Origin: Escherichia phage KKP 3954
Length of the DNA stretch: 64,000 nt
Sequence record: OR067838.1
Reading direction: 5' to 3' (one strand)
Positions 27,101 through 37,251 of the stretch are shown in pieces; the stretch's first letter is position 1; each line of letters begins with the position of its first letter. Position numbers and translations under genes: made by a program. The notes below the pieces were generated by a model. It was not told the DNA's origin. It saw only the letters and a program-made list of their open reading frames with translations, and did not search any database.

Positions 27101-27127
27101 AAAGGCGCACTTTGCGCCTTTTTTGAT
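27101..27127 (+). terminator. Rho-independent terminator
   Basis: AAAGGCGCACTTTGCGCCTTTTTTGA hairpin plus T-run. Confidence 0.65.
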
Positions 27128-27195
27128 TTCCCTCAAAGCTTTTTTCGGTTGAAAGAGGTAGAATAATAGTTCTACTCACAAAATAAGGATTAATA

Positions 27196-29010
27196 ATGAA
27201 AGATTTATACCAAGATGTTTTTTCTTTTTTAGATCGCACTTCAGAAACATACACTAGAGAGAATGCAAACAAACCTTCCCACCTTGTTAACACGCACAGG
27301 GATCTCTTGGCGGGGATTTTAAGCAAACATATGGCAATGACACAGATACTGCCAAAAAACTTGTCAGAATGGCATACAGAAGGTTTTGGACATATTCACG
27401 ACTTGGATTATCTGCTCTCTCCTCTTACAAACTGTTGTCTTGTTAATTATCAAGATATGTTAGAGAATGGTTTTAAGATCGGTGCTGCACAGATAGAAAA
27501 ACCAAAATCTATTGGAGTAGCTACTACAGTGCTAACTCAAATCATCCAAGCTGTTGCCTCCAGTCAGTATGGAGGTCAGACGTGTGCGCACATTGATAAA
27601 GGTCTTAGTCCTTATGTTGAAGCCAGTTTCCTTAAAAACATGGAGATAACCAAACGTCGCTACGGTTGTTATGCAAGGAAAGAAGCCCTAGAAATGACCG
27701 AACAAGATGTATATGACGCTATGCAAACTCTTTTGTATCAGGTTAACACTTTAATGAGTGTTAATGGACAATCTCCTTTTATTACAATCAGTATGGGTCT
27801 GGATACCTCTGTTTTTGGCAGAATGATCACAGCTAACTATCTTAAAGTGCATAGTAACGGTCTAGGTAAAGATCATGTAACGCCTGTATTCCCTAAAGTT
27901 ATTTTCTTTTTACAAGAAGGTGTTAACATGAAACCTAGTGATCCTAACTACGACCTTAAGCAACAAGCTTTGGCATGTTGTGCTGATCGTATTTATCCAG
28001 ATTTTATTTCTGTTCCTTTGAACAAAGAAGTTACGGGATCAGCAGATGGTACCGTTACGAGTATGGGTTGTCGTTCCTTTTTGTCATACTATGCCACCGA
28101 ACAAGGAGAAAAATATGATGGACGATTCAACCTTGGAGTAGTTTCTATCAACTTGCCTCTGATTGCTGCGGAAGCGAGAAGTAAAGGAGAATCTTTCACC
28201 GATCTTCTTAATAAACATATGGAGATAGCCTACGATGCTCACATGCTACGTGTAAACCGTATCAGACATACCAAAGCATCTGAAAACCCTATTCTTTTCA
28301 TGGAAGGGGCTTTAGCGCGTTTAAATGCCAACGATGAAATTGGTGCTTTGTTTGAAGGTGGTTATGCTTCTATTAGTATTGGTTATGTAGGTCTTGCCGA
28401 AGCTTTGGAAATCCTTTATCCAGAGGAAAAAGATAAAAAGGAACTAGGTAAAAACATTCTGCAACATATGAAAGATATGTGTGCTGTGTTTAAAGAACGA
28501 TCTAAGTTGGCATTTAGTCTTTATGGAACTCCAGCAGAATCCTTGTGCTATAAATTTGCAACAGCTTTAAATGAAAAATATCCAGGTCTGGTAGAAAGAG
28601 ACTATCTTACTAATTCTTTTCATCAACCTGTATGGTTGGTAACAAATCCTTTTGAAAAATGGGATTATGAAGCAGGTTTTGCACAGATTAGCAATGGTGG
28701 TAACATAAGTTATGTCGAAACACCAAACTTAAAGAATAACTTAGAAGCTTTGGAGACTTTAGTAGACTACGCTTATGAACATATTCACTATTTTGGTATT
28801 AATCAGCCCGTGGATCAATGCTTTAAGTGTGGTTTTCATGGAGAATTTAAGGCAACGGCTAAAGGGTTTGAGTGTCCTAATTGTGGCAACCATGAAGAAG
28901 AAACTATTTCTGTAGTTAGACGTGTATCAGGGTATCTTTCTGCCCCTAATTCACGGCCTTATAACAAAGGTAAAATGCAGGAAGTTTTGCAAAGGGAGAA
29001 ACATCTTTGA
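27196..29010 (+). CDS. nrdD: Anaerobic ribonucleoside-triphosphate reductase (class III RNR large subunit)
   Basis: 604 aa; C-terminal Zn ribbon CFKCGF..CPNCGNHE and glycyl-radical motif RRVSGYLS. Confidence 0.85.
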   Translation: MKDLYQDVFSFLDRTSETYTRENANKPSHLVNTHRDLLAGILSKHMAMTQILPKNLSEWHTEGFGHIHDLDYLLSPLTNCCLVNYQDMLENGFKIGAAQIEKPKSIGVATTVLTQIIQAVASSQYGGQTCAHIDKGLSPYVEASFLKNMEITKRRYGCYARKEALEMTEQDVYDAMQTLLYQVNTLMSVNGQSPFITISMGLDTSVFGRMITANYLKVHSNGLGKDHVTPVFPKVIFFLQEGVNMKPSDPNYDLKQQALACCADRIYPDFISVPLNKEVTGSADGTVTSMGCRSFLSYYATEQGEKYDGRFNLGVVSINLPLIAAEARSKGESFTDLLNKHMEIAYDAHMLRVNRIRHTKASENPILFMEGALARLNANDEIGALFEGGYASISIGYVGLAEALEILYPEEKDKKELGKNILQHMKDMCAVFKERSKLAFSLYGTPAESLCYKFATALNEKYPGLVERDYLTNSFHQPVWLVTNPFEKWDYEAGFAQISNGGNISYVETPNLKNNLEALETLVDYAYEHIHYFGINQPVDQCFKCGFHGEFKATAKGFECPNCGNHEEETISVVRRVSGYLSAPNSRPYNKGKMQEVLQREKHL

Positions 29011-29477
29011 ATTTTGCAGGATATGAACCTGTAGATCTTATTAATGGTGAGGGAGTTAGGTGCTCCCTCTGGGTTAGTGGTTGTAGCCACGGTTGTCGTG
29101 GCTGTTTTAACCAGAAAGCCTGGTCTTATTCTTATGGGAAACCGTTCACTAACGAAAATGTAGAGCAAGTTTTAAAAGATTTGTCAAGACCGTTTGTAAA
29201 AGGTTTAACAATTTTAGGAGGAGAACCATTAGATCCGCAGAATATTTACAATGTTAAAAACCTTATAGAAAAGGTTAGAGACGTTTATGGGTCAAGCAAA
29301 GATATAATGGTGTATACAGGATATACTTTTGAGGAAGTGCCTTTGTATATTAAAAATCTTGTTGACATTATTGTAGACGGAAAGTATGAAATAAACAATC
29401 CAACCACAAAACCTTTCAGAGGGTCAGATAATCAAAGATTATGGACCAAAACGGCGAGTGGTTGGCAATCAGATTAG
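29007..29477 (+). CDS. nrdG: Anaerobic RNR activating protein (radical SAM)
   Basis: 156 aa; CSHGCRGC radical-SAM cluster motif; TGYTFEE and GSDNQRLW blocks as in T4 NrdG; TTG start overlapping nrdD stop. Confidence 0.8.
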   Translation: MNFAGYEPVDLINGEGVRCSLWVSGCSHGCRGCFNQKAWSYSYGKPFTNENVEQVLKDLSRPFVKGLTILGGEPLDPQNIYNVKNLIEKVRDVYGSSKDIMVYTGYTFEEVPLYIKNLVDIIVDGKYEINNPTTKPFRGSDNQRLWTKTASGWQSD

Positions 29478-29490
29478 CGTAGGAGGTTTT

Positions 29491-29682
29491 ATGGTTACAT
29501 ATTTTGCTGTAGGAGATAGGGTAGGGACGGCAGGAGAACTTTTGAAGAACAGTGATCGGGACGTTAAGGACATTCTTGCAACCCTTGTGGATATTTTACA
29601 AAGAAAAGAGTTGCTTTCTGATCGAGATGTTGCTAAATTACTTGATATCGGAGGAGATGAACTTCAAAGACTTCCATTTTAA
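29491..29682 (+). CDS. Small hypothetical protein
   Basis: ORF track 29458..29682; ATG 29491 with SD AGGAGG. Confidence 0.45.
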   Translation: MVTYFAVGDRVGTAGELLKNSDRDVKDILATLVDILQRKELLSDRDVAKLLDIGGDELQRLPF

Positions 29683-29697
29683 GTGAGGAGATAAGTA

Positions 29698-30303
29698 ATG
29701 CAACATAGTGTAGTAGTCAACATGCCGAATAGTGGGGATAAATCTTTTGGTGTCCCTGCTAAAAAAGTGTGGAAAGCCCATTTTCATCTTACTTTATCTA
29801 ACGTTAGTTCTGAAGAGTTGATGAAAGCAGCTAAGATCATTGGTGCCAAATGCACAACAATTGATTTACATCGGGATACAAAGTCTCAACGTGATCGTAT
29901 GTTAACAAAGTATCAAAGCGATCTCGACACTACGTTAATGTTGCAATGTGTAGAAAAACTTGAGAATGCAGGTTTCAATGTTGTTCGTTACAAACTAGAA
30001 CGAATGTTCAAACATGTTGCCTGTGTTCTTTTCATGGATCTAAGCAAAGAAAATTACGGAGAAGTTCACATTAAAACTTCAGCAAGTGATCCTGAAGTAG
30101 AAACAAACTTCTTCCGTATTTCTTCTAATGCTGAAGAACTTGATTACCGATTTTACAATGCTCGCTTATATTCCGCAGAAGATAAGTTGCGTTTCAATGA
30201 AGCATATGATATGCTCTTGAACAGTGGGATACAGATAAAAGGCTACCACATAGAACAAGTTGTGGTAGACAGTAACTTAAATCTTGATGCATGGTGGGCC
30301 TAA
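29698..30303 (+). CDS. Hypothetical protein, first gene of the Ter-like cluster
   Basis: ORF track; SD GAGGAG. Confidence 0.55.
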   Translation: MQHSVVVNMPNSGDKSFGVPAKKVWKAHFHLTLSNVSSEELMKAAKIIGAKCTTIDLHRDTKSQRDRMLTKYQSDLDTTLMLQCVEKLENAGFNVVRYKLERMFKHVACVLFMDLSKENYGEVHIKTSASDPEVETNFFRISSNAEELDYRFYNARLYSAEDKLRFNEAYDMLLNSGIQIKGYHIEQVVVDSNLNLDAWWA

Positions 30304-30304
30304 T

Positions 30305-30961
30305 ATGACAATAAAACATATCTCTTTTGATGTATGGAATACTCTTATTTCTGCCAATCAAAACTATGCAGATGCACGTACGCACACTATTGCCACATAT
30401 GGTAGAATGTCTGAACGTGCCGCAAAAGAAGCATATAAAGATGCCAAAGAAATTATGGATAATGCTGCACTAAATGGGTGTGCAGAAGGTGTAGCATATG
30501 CATGGAATATGTTGGGAAGAAAGATAGGTTTAACCCCTGTAGAATCTGCACAAATGCGTTTTGAGTGTGAGCAATGGTTTCTTAAATTTCCTCCACATAT
30601 TGCTTTAGATTTGCCAGTTTGTTTGCTATACTTGTCTGGTAAATATGATCTTAGTATTAAAAGCAATACTAATTTTATATCTGGGGATATTTTGCGTCGT
30701 GCTTGCATGTTTGATAGTTGGAATTGTTTTGAATTTATGCATTTTTCAGACGAACATTTGTTGTGTAAACCAGATCCTAGATTCTTTGTTAGGACCGCAA
30801 CATATTCAAGCATTCCTTTGAAGGCTGAAGAGATTTTACATGTTGGGGACAGCGAAGAATTTGATGGAAAATGTGTTGACATAGGGATTAACTTCTGTCA
30901 TATTAAGAACCCTAACGACTTACTAGAGAAACTTAAAAGAGGAGAAATTGTAAATGCGTAA
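30305..30961 (+). CDS. HAD-superfamily hydrolase-like protein
   Basis: N-terminal ISFDVWNTL (HAD motif I variant) and later HVGDS; ORF track 30284..30961 trimmed to ATG 30305. Confidence 0.45.
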   Translation: MTIKHISFDVWNTLISANQNYADARTHTIATYGRMSERAAKEAYKDAKEIMDNAALNGCAEGVAYAWNMLGRKIGLTPVESAQMRFECEQWFLKFPPHIALDLPVCLLYLSGKYDLSIKSNTNFISGDILRRACMFDSWNCFEFMHFSDEHLLCKPDPRFFVRTATYSSIPLKAEEILHVGDSEEFDGKCVDIGINFCHIKNPNDLLEKLKRGEIVNA

Positions 30962-30990
30962 TCAAACTCAAATTTTTGCAAATAAATTTG

Positions 30991-31782
30991 ATGACACTGG
31001 AAACTGCTACTTTTGATATCAAAGATTATTCAAAATTGAAATTTGGTAGTAACCAAGCTGCGCGTCGTATGGGTAAAGAATTGGCACTTCAGTTTTTTGC
31101 TCAAGTGGCAATGAAACATATTGGGGAACAATTTGTTATCATTCCTTCTCCTTATAACCATGTGCATAATGCTGCAACAATGATGACAGATCATTTTATT
31201 AATTACTTTAATATGTTGCAAGCACAATATGATCAAGGTCGTTCAGCAGAACTGGATATTATTCATCGTAAAGTTAGCTATATCAACGATTATGGTTTCT
31301 TGGATAAAGCTAGTCGTAAGAAACTTATTGATGGGGATACATTCTACTGCAACAAAGAATTCTGGGGTGATAAGAAGCTTGTGTTCATTGATGATGTAAA
31401 TATCACTGGAACTCATGAAGACAAACTAATTGAGATTCTTGATGAAAATCAAGTTAAAAATGATGTTTACTTCTTGTATTTTGCAAAATATGAAGGTAAT
31501 CAAGCAGATACCGAAGCTAAGCTGAATTTTAACTATATTAATACACCAGAAGCGTTTGTTAAAATGATTAATGAAGAACGTGATGCACAGTGTCTTGTTC
31601 GTCCTATTAAGTATCTTATGGGCCAAAATCATGAAGACTTCAAAATCATTCTTAGCCAATTGCCACACTACTATGTGGAACAACTTTTCTTCGGCTGTTT
31701 AGCTGAAGGCTACAATCGAATTGCAAAGTATGCTGAAAACTTTGAGTTCTTGGATCGCTACACAAAACAACATATTCTGTAA
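30991..31782 (+). CDS. Phosphoribosyltransferase (PRTase type I)-like protein
   Basis: PRPP-binding motif KKLVFIDDVNITGTHEDKL; start ATG 30991 or TTG 30976. Confidence 0.5.
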   Translation: MTLETATFDIKDYSKLKFGSNQAARRMGKELALQFFAQVAMKHIGEQFVIIPSPYNHVHNAATMMTDHFINYFNMLQAQYDQGRSAELDIIHRKVSYINDYGFLDKASRKKLIDGDTFYCNKEFWGDKKLVFIDDVNITGTHEDKLIEILDENQVKNDVYFLYFAKYEGNQADTEAKLNFNYINTPEAFVKMINEERDAQCLVRPIKYLMGQNHEDFKIILSQLPHYYVEQLFFGCLAEGYNRIAKYAENFEFLDRYTKQHIL

Positions 31783-31795
31783 TAAGGAGCTAAAA

Positions 31796-32269
31796 ATGCT
31801 TAAAATGAAAACAGGTAATCTTATTGATGCCGCTAAAGCAGGTGAAGTAACTGTTATCGCTCATTGTTGCAATTGTATGTGTAATATGGGGGCAGGTATT
31901 GCCCCACAAATCAAACGAGCATTTCCTTACGCATATGCAGCAGACTTAGACACAATGGCTGGTGATCAAAGTAAACTAGGTTGTTTTAGTTTAGGGGTGC
32001 CAGACGAACAATCAGACCCTTTGGTATATAATCTATACGGGCAATACCGTTACGGATACAATGCTAAAGGTCGTCAGTTGGACTATGATGCACTTTACGA
32101 TGCACTAATAGCTATGGCTAATGATTTGCTTCTCCGTGACCAAAAATGTAAGATCGGCTTACCTATGATTGGCGCTGGACATGCTGGAGGTAATTGGGCT
32201 ATCATCCAAGTGATGATTGAAGAAACTTTAGTAAAAACAGGTCACGATGTGACTATTTATAAACTTTAA
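31796..32269 (+). CDS. Macro-domain protein (ADP-ribose binding/processing)
   Basis: VIAHCCNCMCNMGAGIA and GLPMIGAGHAGGNW blocks fit the macro-domain Gly-rich loops; SD AAGGAG. Confidence 0.55.
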   Translation: MLKMKTGNLIDAAKAGEVTVIAHCCNCMCNMGAGIAPQIKRAFPYAYAADLDTMAGDQSKLGCFSLGVPDEQSDPLVYNLYGQYRYGYNAKGRQLDYDALYDALIAMANDLLLRDQKCKIGLPMIGAGHAGGNWAIIQVMIEETLVKTGHDVTIYKL

Positions 32270-32281
32270 GAGGAGATTAGT

Positions 32282-32503
32282 ATGGGTGTTTTTGCAGGTA
32301 TTGTTGCAGTGGTAAGCTTTTTTGTTATTGCTTTTATGCTTAGTTTGATTCCAGCTTGGTTATTGTTGCTGGCTTACAACTATGTTGCTGAAGTTATGGG
32401 TCATGCAGATATCACTGTCCCAGTAACCTTCTGGACCGTGGTTTGTGTTTCGTTTATTCTGGCTGTATTACGAGGAATCTTTTCCTCTCATTCAACAAAA
32501 TAA
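32282..32503 (+). CDS. Small membrane protein (two TM helices)
   Basis: ORF track; hydrophobic throughout. Confidence 0.5.
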   Translation: MGVFAGIVAVVSFFVIAFMLSLIPAWLLLLAYNYVAEVMGHADITVPVTFWTVVCVSFILAVLRGIFSSHSTK

Positions 32504-32506
32504 GTG

Positions 32507-32534
32507 TTGACATAGTTCTTAAAAAGAGTAAGAT
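32507..32534 (+). promoter_or_regulatory. Early-family promoter (TTGACA, 16 nt spacer, TAAGAT) with GC stem-loop leader (32546-32564) upstream of the TerC gene
   Basis: Same promoter-leader architecture as the left-end early genes, here on the plus strand. Confidence 0.5.
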
Positions 32535-32584
32535 ATATCACATGAAGCGGGGAATAGTTCCCCGCAAAGAGAAAGGAGAAAATA

Positions 32585-33559
32585 ATGCAACTTGGTTTCC
32601 CAATCATTGATGTAGTTGTTTTAGTTGGTATTTTAGCATTGTCTATTGGTATCGATTTCTTTGGTCATAAAGAGAATAAAGAAATTGGAATTAAATCTGC
32701 TTTGCTTTGGTCTGTTTTTTGGATTGCTTTAGCTTTAGGATATTACGCATTCATTTGGGTAGAACATGGTAAAGAGTTTGCCGCGCTTTTCCTAAGTGGC
32801 TATGTGTTGGAAAAGAGTCTTTCTGTAGATAACCTAATGGTGTTCATGGCAATTTTTGCAAGCTTTGGAATTAAGAGCACACATCTCCAACATAAGATTT
32901 TACTTTGGGGGATTGCAGGAGCCATTGTCTTCCGAGGTATTTTTGTTGCAGCAGGCACCGCTTTGTTTAACCTTCATTGGTCGGTCCAAGTGTTGTTCGG
33001 TTTGATTGTAGCTTGGTCTGCCGTGGCTATCATCAAAGGTGGTGATGAAGAAGAGGATATCGATTACTCTAAACATTGGGCTGTTCGTTTAGTAGGTAAA
33101 GTTCTGCCTGTGCACAATGCACTGGATGGTGAAAAGTTCATCACCATTAAGAATGGTATTAAATATGCAACTCCTGCTCTTCTTTGTGTGTTTGTTATTG
33201 AGCTTACAGATATTGTCTTCTCTTTTGATTCAGTTCCGGCTGTGATCGGTGTGACACAAGAACCTGTGCTAGTTTATTCTGCAATGCTGATGGCTGTTCT
33301 TGGTTTACGTGCACTTTTCTTTGTGTTAAGTGTAGCTGTGAAATATCTGGTTCACTTAGAGAAAGCTGTTGCTGTGGTTCTGGTGTTTGTTGGTGCTAAA
33401 CTTATGTATCACCCGTTCGGTGAAACACTTCATGCCAAGTGGTCATTCCTCCCGCATGATATTTCCCCTAACGTAAGTCTGATGATTGTTCTAGGCACAT
33501 TAGCTCTTGGTGTTATTGCAAGCTTTATCTTCCCTGAAAAAGAAGAAGCTGCTGTTTAA
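32585..33559 (+). CDS. terC: TerC-family integral membrane protein
   Basis: 324 aa, multi-TM; conserved LSVDNLMVFMAIF and ELTDIVFSFDSVPAV blocks. Confidence 0.7.
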   Translation: MQLGFPIIDVVVLVGILALSIGIDFFGHKENKEIGIKSALLWSVFWIALALGYYAFIWVEHGKEFAALFLSGYVLEKSLSVDNLMVFMAIFASFGIKSTHLQHKILLWGIAGAIVFRGIFVAAGTALFNLHWSVQVLFGLIVAWSAVAIIKGGDEEEDIDYSKHWAVRLVGKVLPVHNALDGEKFITIKNGIKYATPALLCVFVIELTDIVFSFDSVPAVIGVTQEPVLVYSAMLMAVLGLRALFFVLSVAVKYLVHLEKAVAVVLVFVGAKLMYHPFGETLHAKWSFLPHDISPNVSLMIVLGTLALGVIASFIFPEKEEAAV

Positions 33560-33565
33560 TAGATG

Positions 33566-33590
33566 AGCCTCCTTCGGGAGGCTATTTTTA
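33566..33590 (+). terminator. Rho-independent terminator after the TerC gene
   Basis: AGCCTCCTTCGGGAGGCT hairpin plus T-run. Confidence 0.65.
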
Positions 33591-33602
33591 TAGGAGAGAC
33601 TT

Positions 33603-33953
33603 ATGAGCAATTTTGATGAAATTCAAAAACTTGTTTGGGATTTACCTGGTGATGTTGATTACGTTTCAGATTATCTTTCAAAAGTTTACCTTGGGGTAAG
33701 CGTTATGATTGTGACCAAAGATCCAATTAACCTTCCTCCTAATGTAGTAGCTTGTTGTGGAAGTGGTTCAGGAGAGGTAGAACCTGTATCTCGTTGGGAA
33801 TTAACCAAGGCTGTTTCAAAACGAAACGGCGAAGTTTTGAATATTGATATCGAACAAATCTGGACTTCTCCAGCCGCCAAGTGGAATGATCCTAATGGTT
33901 GGGATTTGTTCTTCTGGGATAATGAAACTGATGATGAGGTATTTTTAAAATGA
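33603..33953 (+). CDS. Hypothetical protein
   Basis: ORF track; SD GGAGAGA. Confidence 0.55.
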   Translation: MSNFDEIQKLVWDLPGDVDYVSDYLSKVYLGVSVMIVTKDPINLPPNVVACCGSGSGEVEPVSRWELTKAVSKRNGEVLNIDIEQIWTSPAAKWNDPNGWDLFFWDNETDDEVFLK

Positions 33954-34195
33954 AATACTTGTTGGTTGTGTTTGAAAATATTTGTTTTGCAATAGGGTTG
34001 TTTGTTGTAATTTTTGTATTGACAAGCGTAATCAACGGCAGTAAAGTGAGTTTATACCGAGATGGAGAGCAGCTTTATTGCTTCTCTGGAGATTTCAAAC
34101 ACAGATGTATTAATAGTCAAAACGAGGAAAGCAAATATGAAAAAACTAGCCCTGATTTTAATTGGTTGTATCTTTTTAACAGCTTGCGAGGATGA
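33950..34195 (+). CDS. Small membrane protein (single TM); 3-prime end overlaps the lipoprotein gene in another frame
   Basis: ORF track; the true end is uncertain. Confidence 0.35.
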   Translation: MKYLLVVFENICFAIGLFVVIFVLTSVINGSKVSLYRDGEQLYCFSGDFKHRCINSQNEESKYEKTSPDFNWLYLFNSLRG

Positions 34196-34574
34196 AACAA
34201 ATCCTACACAATATCAACAACCTCCTCAACAATACGCTCAACAAGGATCTGACGGAGATACAACTATTATCAACAATGGTGGCGGTTCTAGTAGTAGCGG
34301 TGTTGGTGAGTTTGCTACAGGTATGTTGTTAGGACATATGATGAGCGGTGGTAGTAATCGTAGCGGCGGGGATTATAACGATAACAGAACGATTATTAAT
34401 AAACATTATAACACACCTAAACCGAAAACTAATTTTTATGGTAAGCCTAAACAAGAGATAAAAACTTATGAAAAGCCAAGACAAACTTTTAAAACAAATA
34501 GCAGCTATACAACTCGTAAATCTTACAATAGCCCTTTAAGTAAAAAGAGTTCATCTCGTAGCAAGCGACGTTAA
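34137..34574 (+). CDS. Lipoprotein (signal peptide with LTAC lipobox; Gly/Ser/Asn-rich; basic C-terminus)
   Basis: ATG 34137 with SD GAGGAAAG; N-terminus MKKLALILIGCIFLTAC. Confidence 0.55.
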   Translation: MKKLALILIGCIFLTACEDETNPTQYQQPPQQYAQQGSDGDTTIINNGGGSSSSGVGEFATGMLLGHMMSGGSNRSGGDYNDNRTIINKHYNTPKPKTNFYGKPKQEIKTYEKPRQTFKTNSSYTTRKSYNSPLSKKSSSRSKRR

Positions 34575-34588
34575 TAAGGAGAAAAATA

Positions 34589-35182
34589 ATGACAATTTCT
34601 ATTCGTACTTCCATCGTAGGTGTTAAAAGGTTGCCTAATGCTTTGCAAATCACACGTGCTTTGAGGGATACGTTCTCTGCTGTGGATGAGCATAAGATGC
34701 TTGATAATCTGTCAAATTGGCCCTATTTTCATTATTTTAAAAATGAAGACGACGAGTTTATAGATGCTGTTTCTTATGGTTATGATTTCGGTAAGGAGGT
34801 TTCTCCTGAAGAATTTGTAGCTACGGTATTCCCAAATGGTTTCCCTACTCGCAGTAAACGTAAAAAAGGACCAAAAAACAAGAAACGTGCTACTAATAAA
34901 GCTACCATTTTCTTTACTGATGGGACACAGTATACGATTAAAGATTTTGAAGAAGTATCTTATACAGCAGGTGGGAATCTTTCTTTCTACACCATCAAAA
35001 AACAAAACTCTACGTTCAGCCATGTTTCTAACATGATTGAAATGTTAGTAGAAGATATTGAAAGCGTGGCTGTGTTAGGTATGCATAAAAGCTTTTTAAT
35101 TACAAATATTTCAGATTTCAGTGCACGTTTATCTGGCCCTGATTTTGAAGCCACGACCACGCATTTCACTTTTAAGGTGTAA
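34589..35182 (+). CDS. Hypothetical protein
   Basis: ORF track; SD AAGGAG; in-frame GTATAC at 34930 with no break. Confidence 0.55.
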   Translation: MTISIRTSIVGVKRLPNALQITRALRDTFSAVDEHKMLDNLSNWPYFHYFKNEDDEFIDAVSYGYDFGKEVSPEEFVATVFPNGFPTRSKRKKGPKNKKRATNKATIFFTDGTQYTIKDFEEVSYTAGGNLSFYTIKKQNSTFSHVSNMIEMLVEDIESVAVLGMHKSFLITNISDFSARLSGPDFEATTTHFTFKV

Positions 35183-35185
35183 GTT

Positions 35186-35776
35186 ATGTATACCGAGAGA
35201 GACTTGCAACTCTTGTGGTGGGAAGTGATGCAGGAAATAAAAGAAGATTTTCCTGTTTACTACAACATGTTACGTGAAGCAGGATATAAAGCTTGTGTTA
35301 GAAACAAAGTGAATAACTCTTTCGGTTGGTGCAACTACCGAGATAAAATTGTTGTTGTAAATTGGCACTTGCATAAGAACTCTACAAGAGATATGATCGT
35401 GGATACAATGAAGCACGAAATTGCTCATGCTATTGATGGTTGTATGGGTAAGTTTAGTCGGCACGGTGCTCATTGGCAAAAACTGGCAGCAGAATTAGGG
35501 GCTAATCCTAAAGCCACTTCCAAAGAGCCGTTGAACCACGAATATAAATATGTTCTTGTTCTGGTAGATAGGTTTGCGACAAGATGTGTTAGAGGTTATA
35601 ATCGTAAACCTAATCGCATGTACCCAGGTAAGCAACCTAATATGTGGTTGAAATCAGATAAAGAAGGGACCGAAGGAAAATTATGGTTGTATAAATGGGA
35701 CGATTGGGTTAAAGTAGCTAAAGAATACGGTGTTTCACCATATATAAGAGATGCAGAAGAGGAGAATGAAGAATGA
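35186..35776 (+). CDS. SprT-like zinc metalloprotease-domain protein
   Basis: HEIAHAI (HExxH) followed by HGAHW, as in SprT-like domains. Confidence 0.55.
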   Translation: MYTERDLQLLWWEVMQEIKEDFPVYYNMLREAGYKACVRNKVNNSFGWCNYRDKIVVVNWHLHKNSTRDMIVDTMKHEIAHAIDGCMGKFSRHGAHWQKLAAELGANPKATSKEPLNHEYKYVLVLVDRFATRCVRGYNRKPNRMYPGKQPNMWLKSDKEGTEGKLWLYKWDDWVKVAKEYGVSPYIRDAEEENEE

Positions 35777-36885
35777 CAAGTCCATTTTTAAAAGCAGCTA
35801 CTGGTGGTCAGAAGAAGCCTGAAATGAGCGTATTTGCTGCAACAACAGATGCAAGTAAATCTGTATTCGCTCCAAGCGTGTTAGATGCCAGTCCTGTTTA
35901 TGCACCAGCGGCACCGCAAGAAGTTCCAGTTTTGCCTTCTATGACCCGACAAGAGATCGAAGAGATTGGGGCAGAGGCAGGAACAACCTTGCGTTCCTTG
36001 AATGCCGAGGTATTAAAACATCAACGTAGTAATCAAGGAGATCAGATGAGTGAACGACTCACAGCTTTGATTAAACAGGCAAAACAACTTGATCCAAACT
36101 CTATTAAACAAAGCAAAGGTATTACTAAACTCATTAAAAAAGTTATGGGTATGAAAGAAGACCTGTTTGGGGAGTTTGATAATGTTAATAACCGTATTGA
36201 AGAGTTGGTAAAGAACCTTCAAATGGATATTCGCAAAGAAGAAGATTCCTTGGTATATCTTGAAAAGCTACATCAAGCTATTGGACAATATGCCGCAAGT
36301 TTGAACCGAGATATGCAGCTTCTAACAGCAACCTACGAAAAAGAAGAACAAGCTTTGGCTGCTCTTCCAGAAGATGCGGTAGAACAGCGACAAGTGATCC
36401 GAGATACTTTGGATCTTCTGGAGATTCGTATTGCGGATTTAAAAGCATTGCGCCTACTGTGTGTCCAAATGGGACCACGTGTGCAAGGTATGCAAAAAGT
36501 TTCTGCAAGCTTAATGCGATCTGCGCGTAACATAGTAAATAATGTTATTCCTGCTTACTCTGCTAACTTCTCAATGTATATTGAGAGCTTGCGTCAAATG
36601 AAAGCCGCAGAGACGCAGAATAACGTTCTTGATGAATTTAACCTGGCAATTAAACTGGGTAGCGATCTTGCCACACAGAATCAGATCGAAGCAGCAGCAC
36701 TGGCTAACCGTCAAGTGTTGGATATTGAAACTCTGCGTCACGATCAGGAAAACTTGGTTAAGATGTTGGAAGAAACTAACCGCATCAATACGGAAGCCCG
36801 TGCTGCTCGTGTTGATTATATTAATGAAGTTCAATCTCTGGAAGACGGGATGGTAGCTGCTGTGAAACGAGGGCTTGGTAAATGA
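35773..36885 (+). CDS. TelA-like (toxic anion resistance family) protein
   Basis: 370 aa, long predicted coiled coils; size and Ter-cluster context fit TelA; assignment from context and composition rather than a sharp motif. Confidence 0.45.
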   Translation: MTSPFLKAATGGQKKPEMSVFAATTDASKSVFAPSVLDASPVYAPAAPQEVPVLPSMTRQEIEEIGAEAGTTLRSLNAEVLKHQRSNQGDQMSERLTALIKQAKQLDPNSIKQSKGITKLIKKVMGMKEDLFGEFDNVNNRIEELVKNLQMDIRKEEDSLVYLEKLHQAIGQYAASLNRDMQLLTATYEKEEQALAALPEDAVEQRQVIRDTLDLLEIRIADLKALRLLCVQMGPRVQGMQKVSASLMRSARNIVNNVIPAYSANFSMYIESLRQMKAAETQNNVLDEFNLAIKLGSDLATQNQIEAAALANRQVLDIETLRHDQENLVKMLEETNRINTEARAARVDYINEVQSLEDGMVAAVKRGLGK

Positions 36886-37077
36886 GAATCCGTATCTATA
36901 TAATTGATGAAGACATTGGTGTCCGTTATGATGACGAAAAACGATTCGCACCGATGGGAGGCATATACCCCCAAGTGTTCTAGCAGTTTGTCGTGATTGT
37001 TATATTTATGAAGGTTGTCGTAACTTCCGTAAATTCGAACTCCTTGCAGATATTGACTTCAATGAGGAGGAGGAGTA
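36882..37077 (+). CDS. Small Zn-ribbon-like protein, apparently interrupted by a 1-nt deletion in a C5 run (36968-36972)
   Basis: ATGA coupling at both ends; 33-codon ORF stops at 36981 while the -1 frame encodes CRDCYIYEGC..EEEE up to a stop abutting the next ATG. Confidence 0.35.
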
Positions 37078-37251
37078 ATGAAAATATTACGAGTGAATAT
37101 TGAAACTGCTTGGTGTGGATGTAATGAGGTTGTGGATATCGAAATTGAAGATGATATGTCTCAAGAGGATATAGAAGATCTTGCGCACGAAACCTTTCAG
37201 GACTATTGTAATTACGGGTTCCATATTTTAGAGGAGGAAGAGGATGTTTAA
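37078..37251 (+). CDS. Small acidic Cys-containing protein (57 aa)
   Basis: Not in ORF track; SD GAGGAGGAGGAG then ATG 37078. Confidence 0.4.
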   Translation: MKILRVNIETAWCGCNEVVDIEIEDDMSQEDIEDLAHETFQDYCNYGFHILEEEEDV

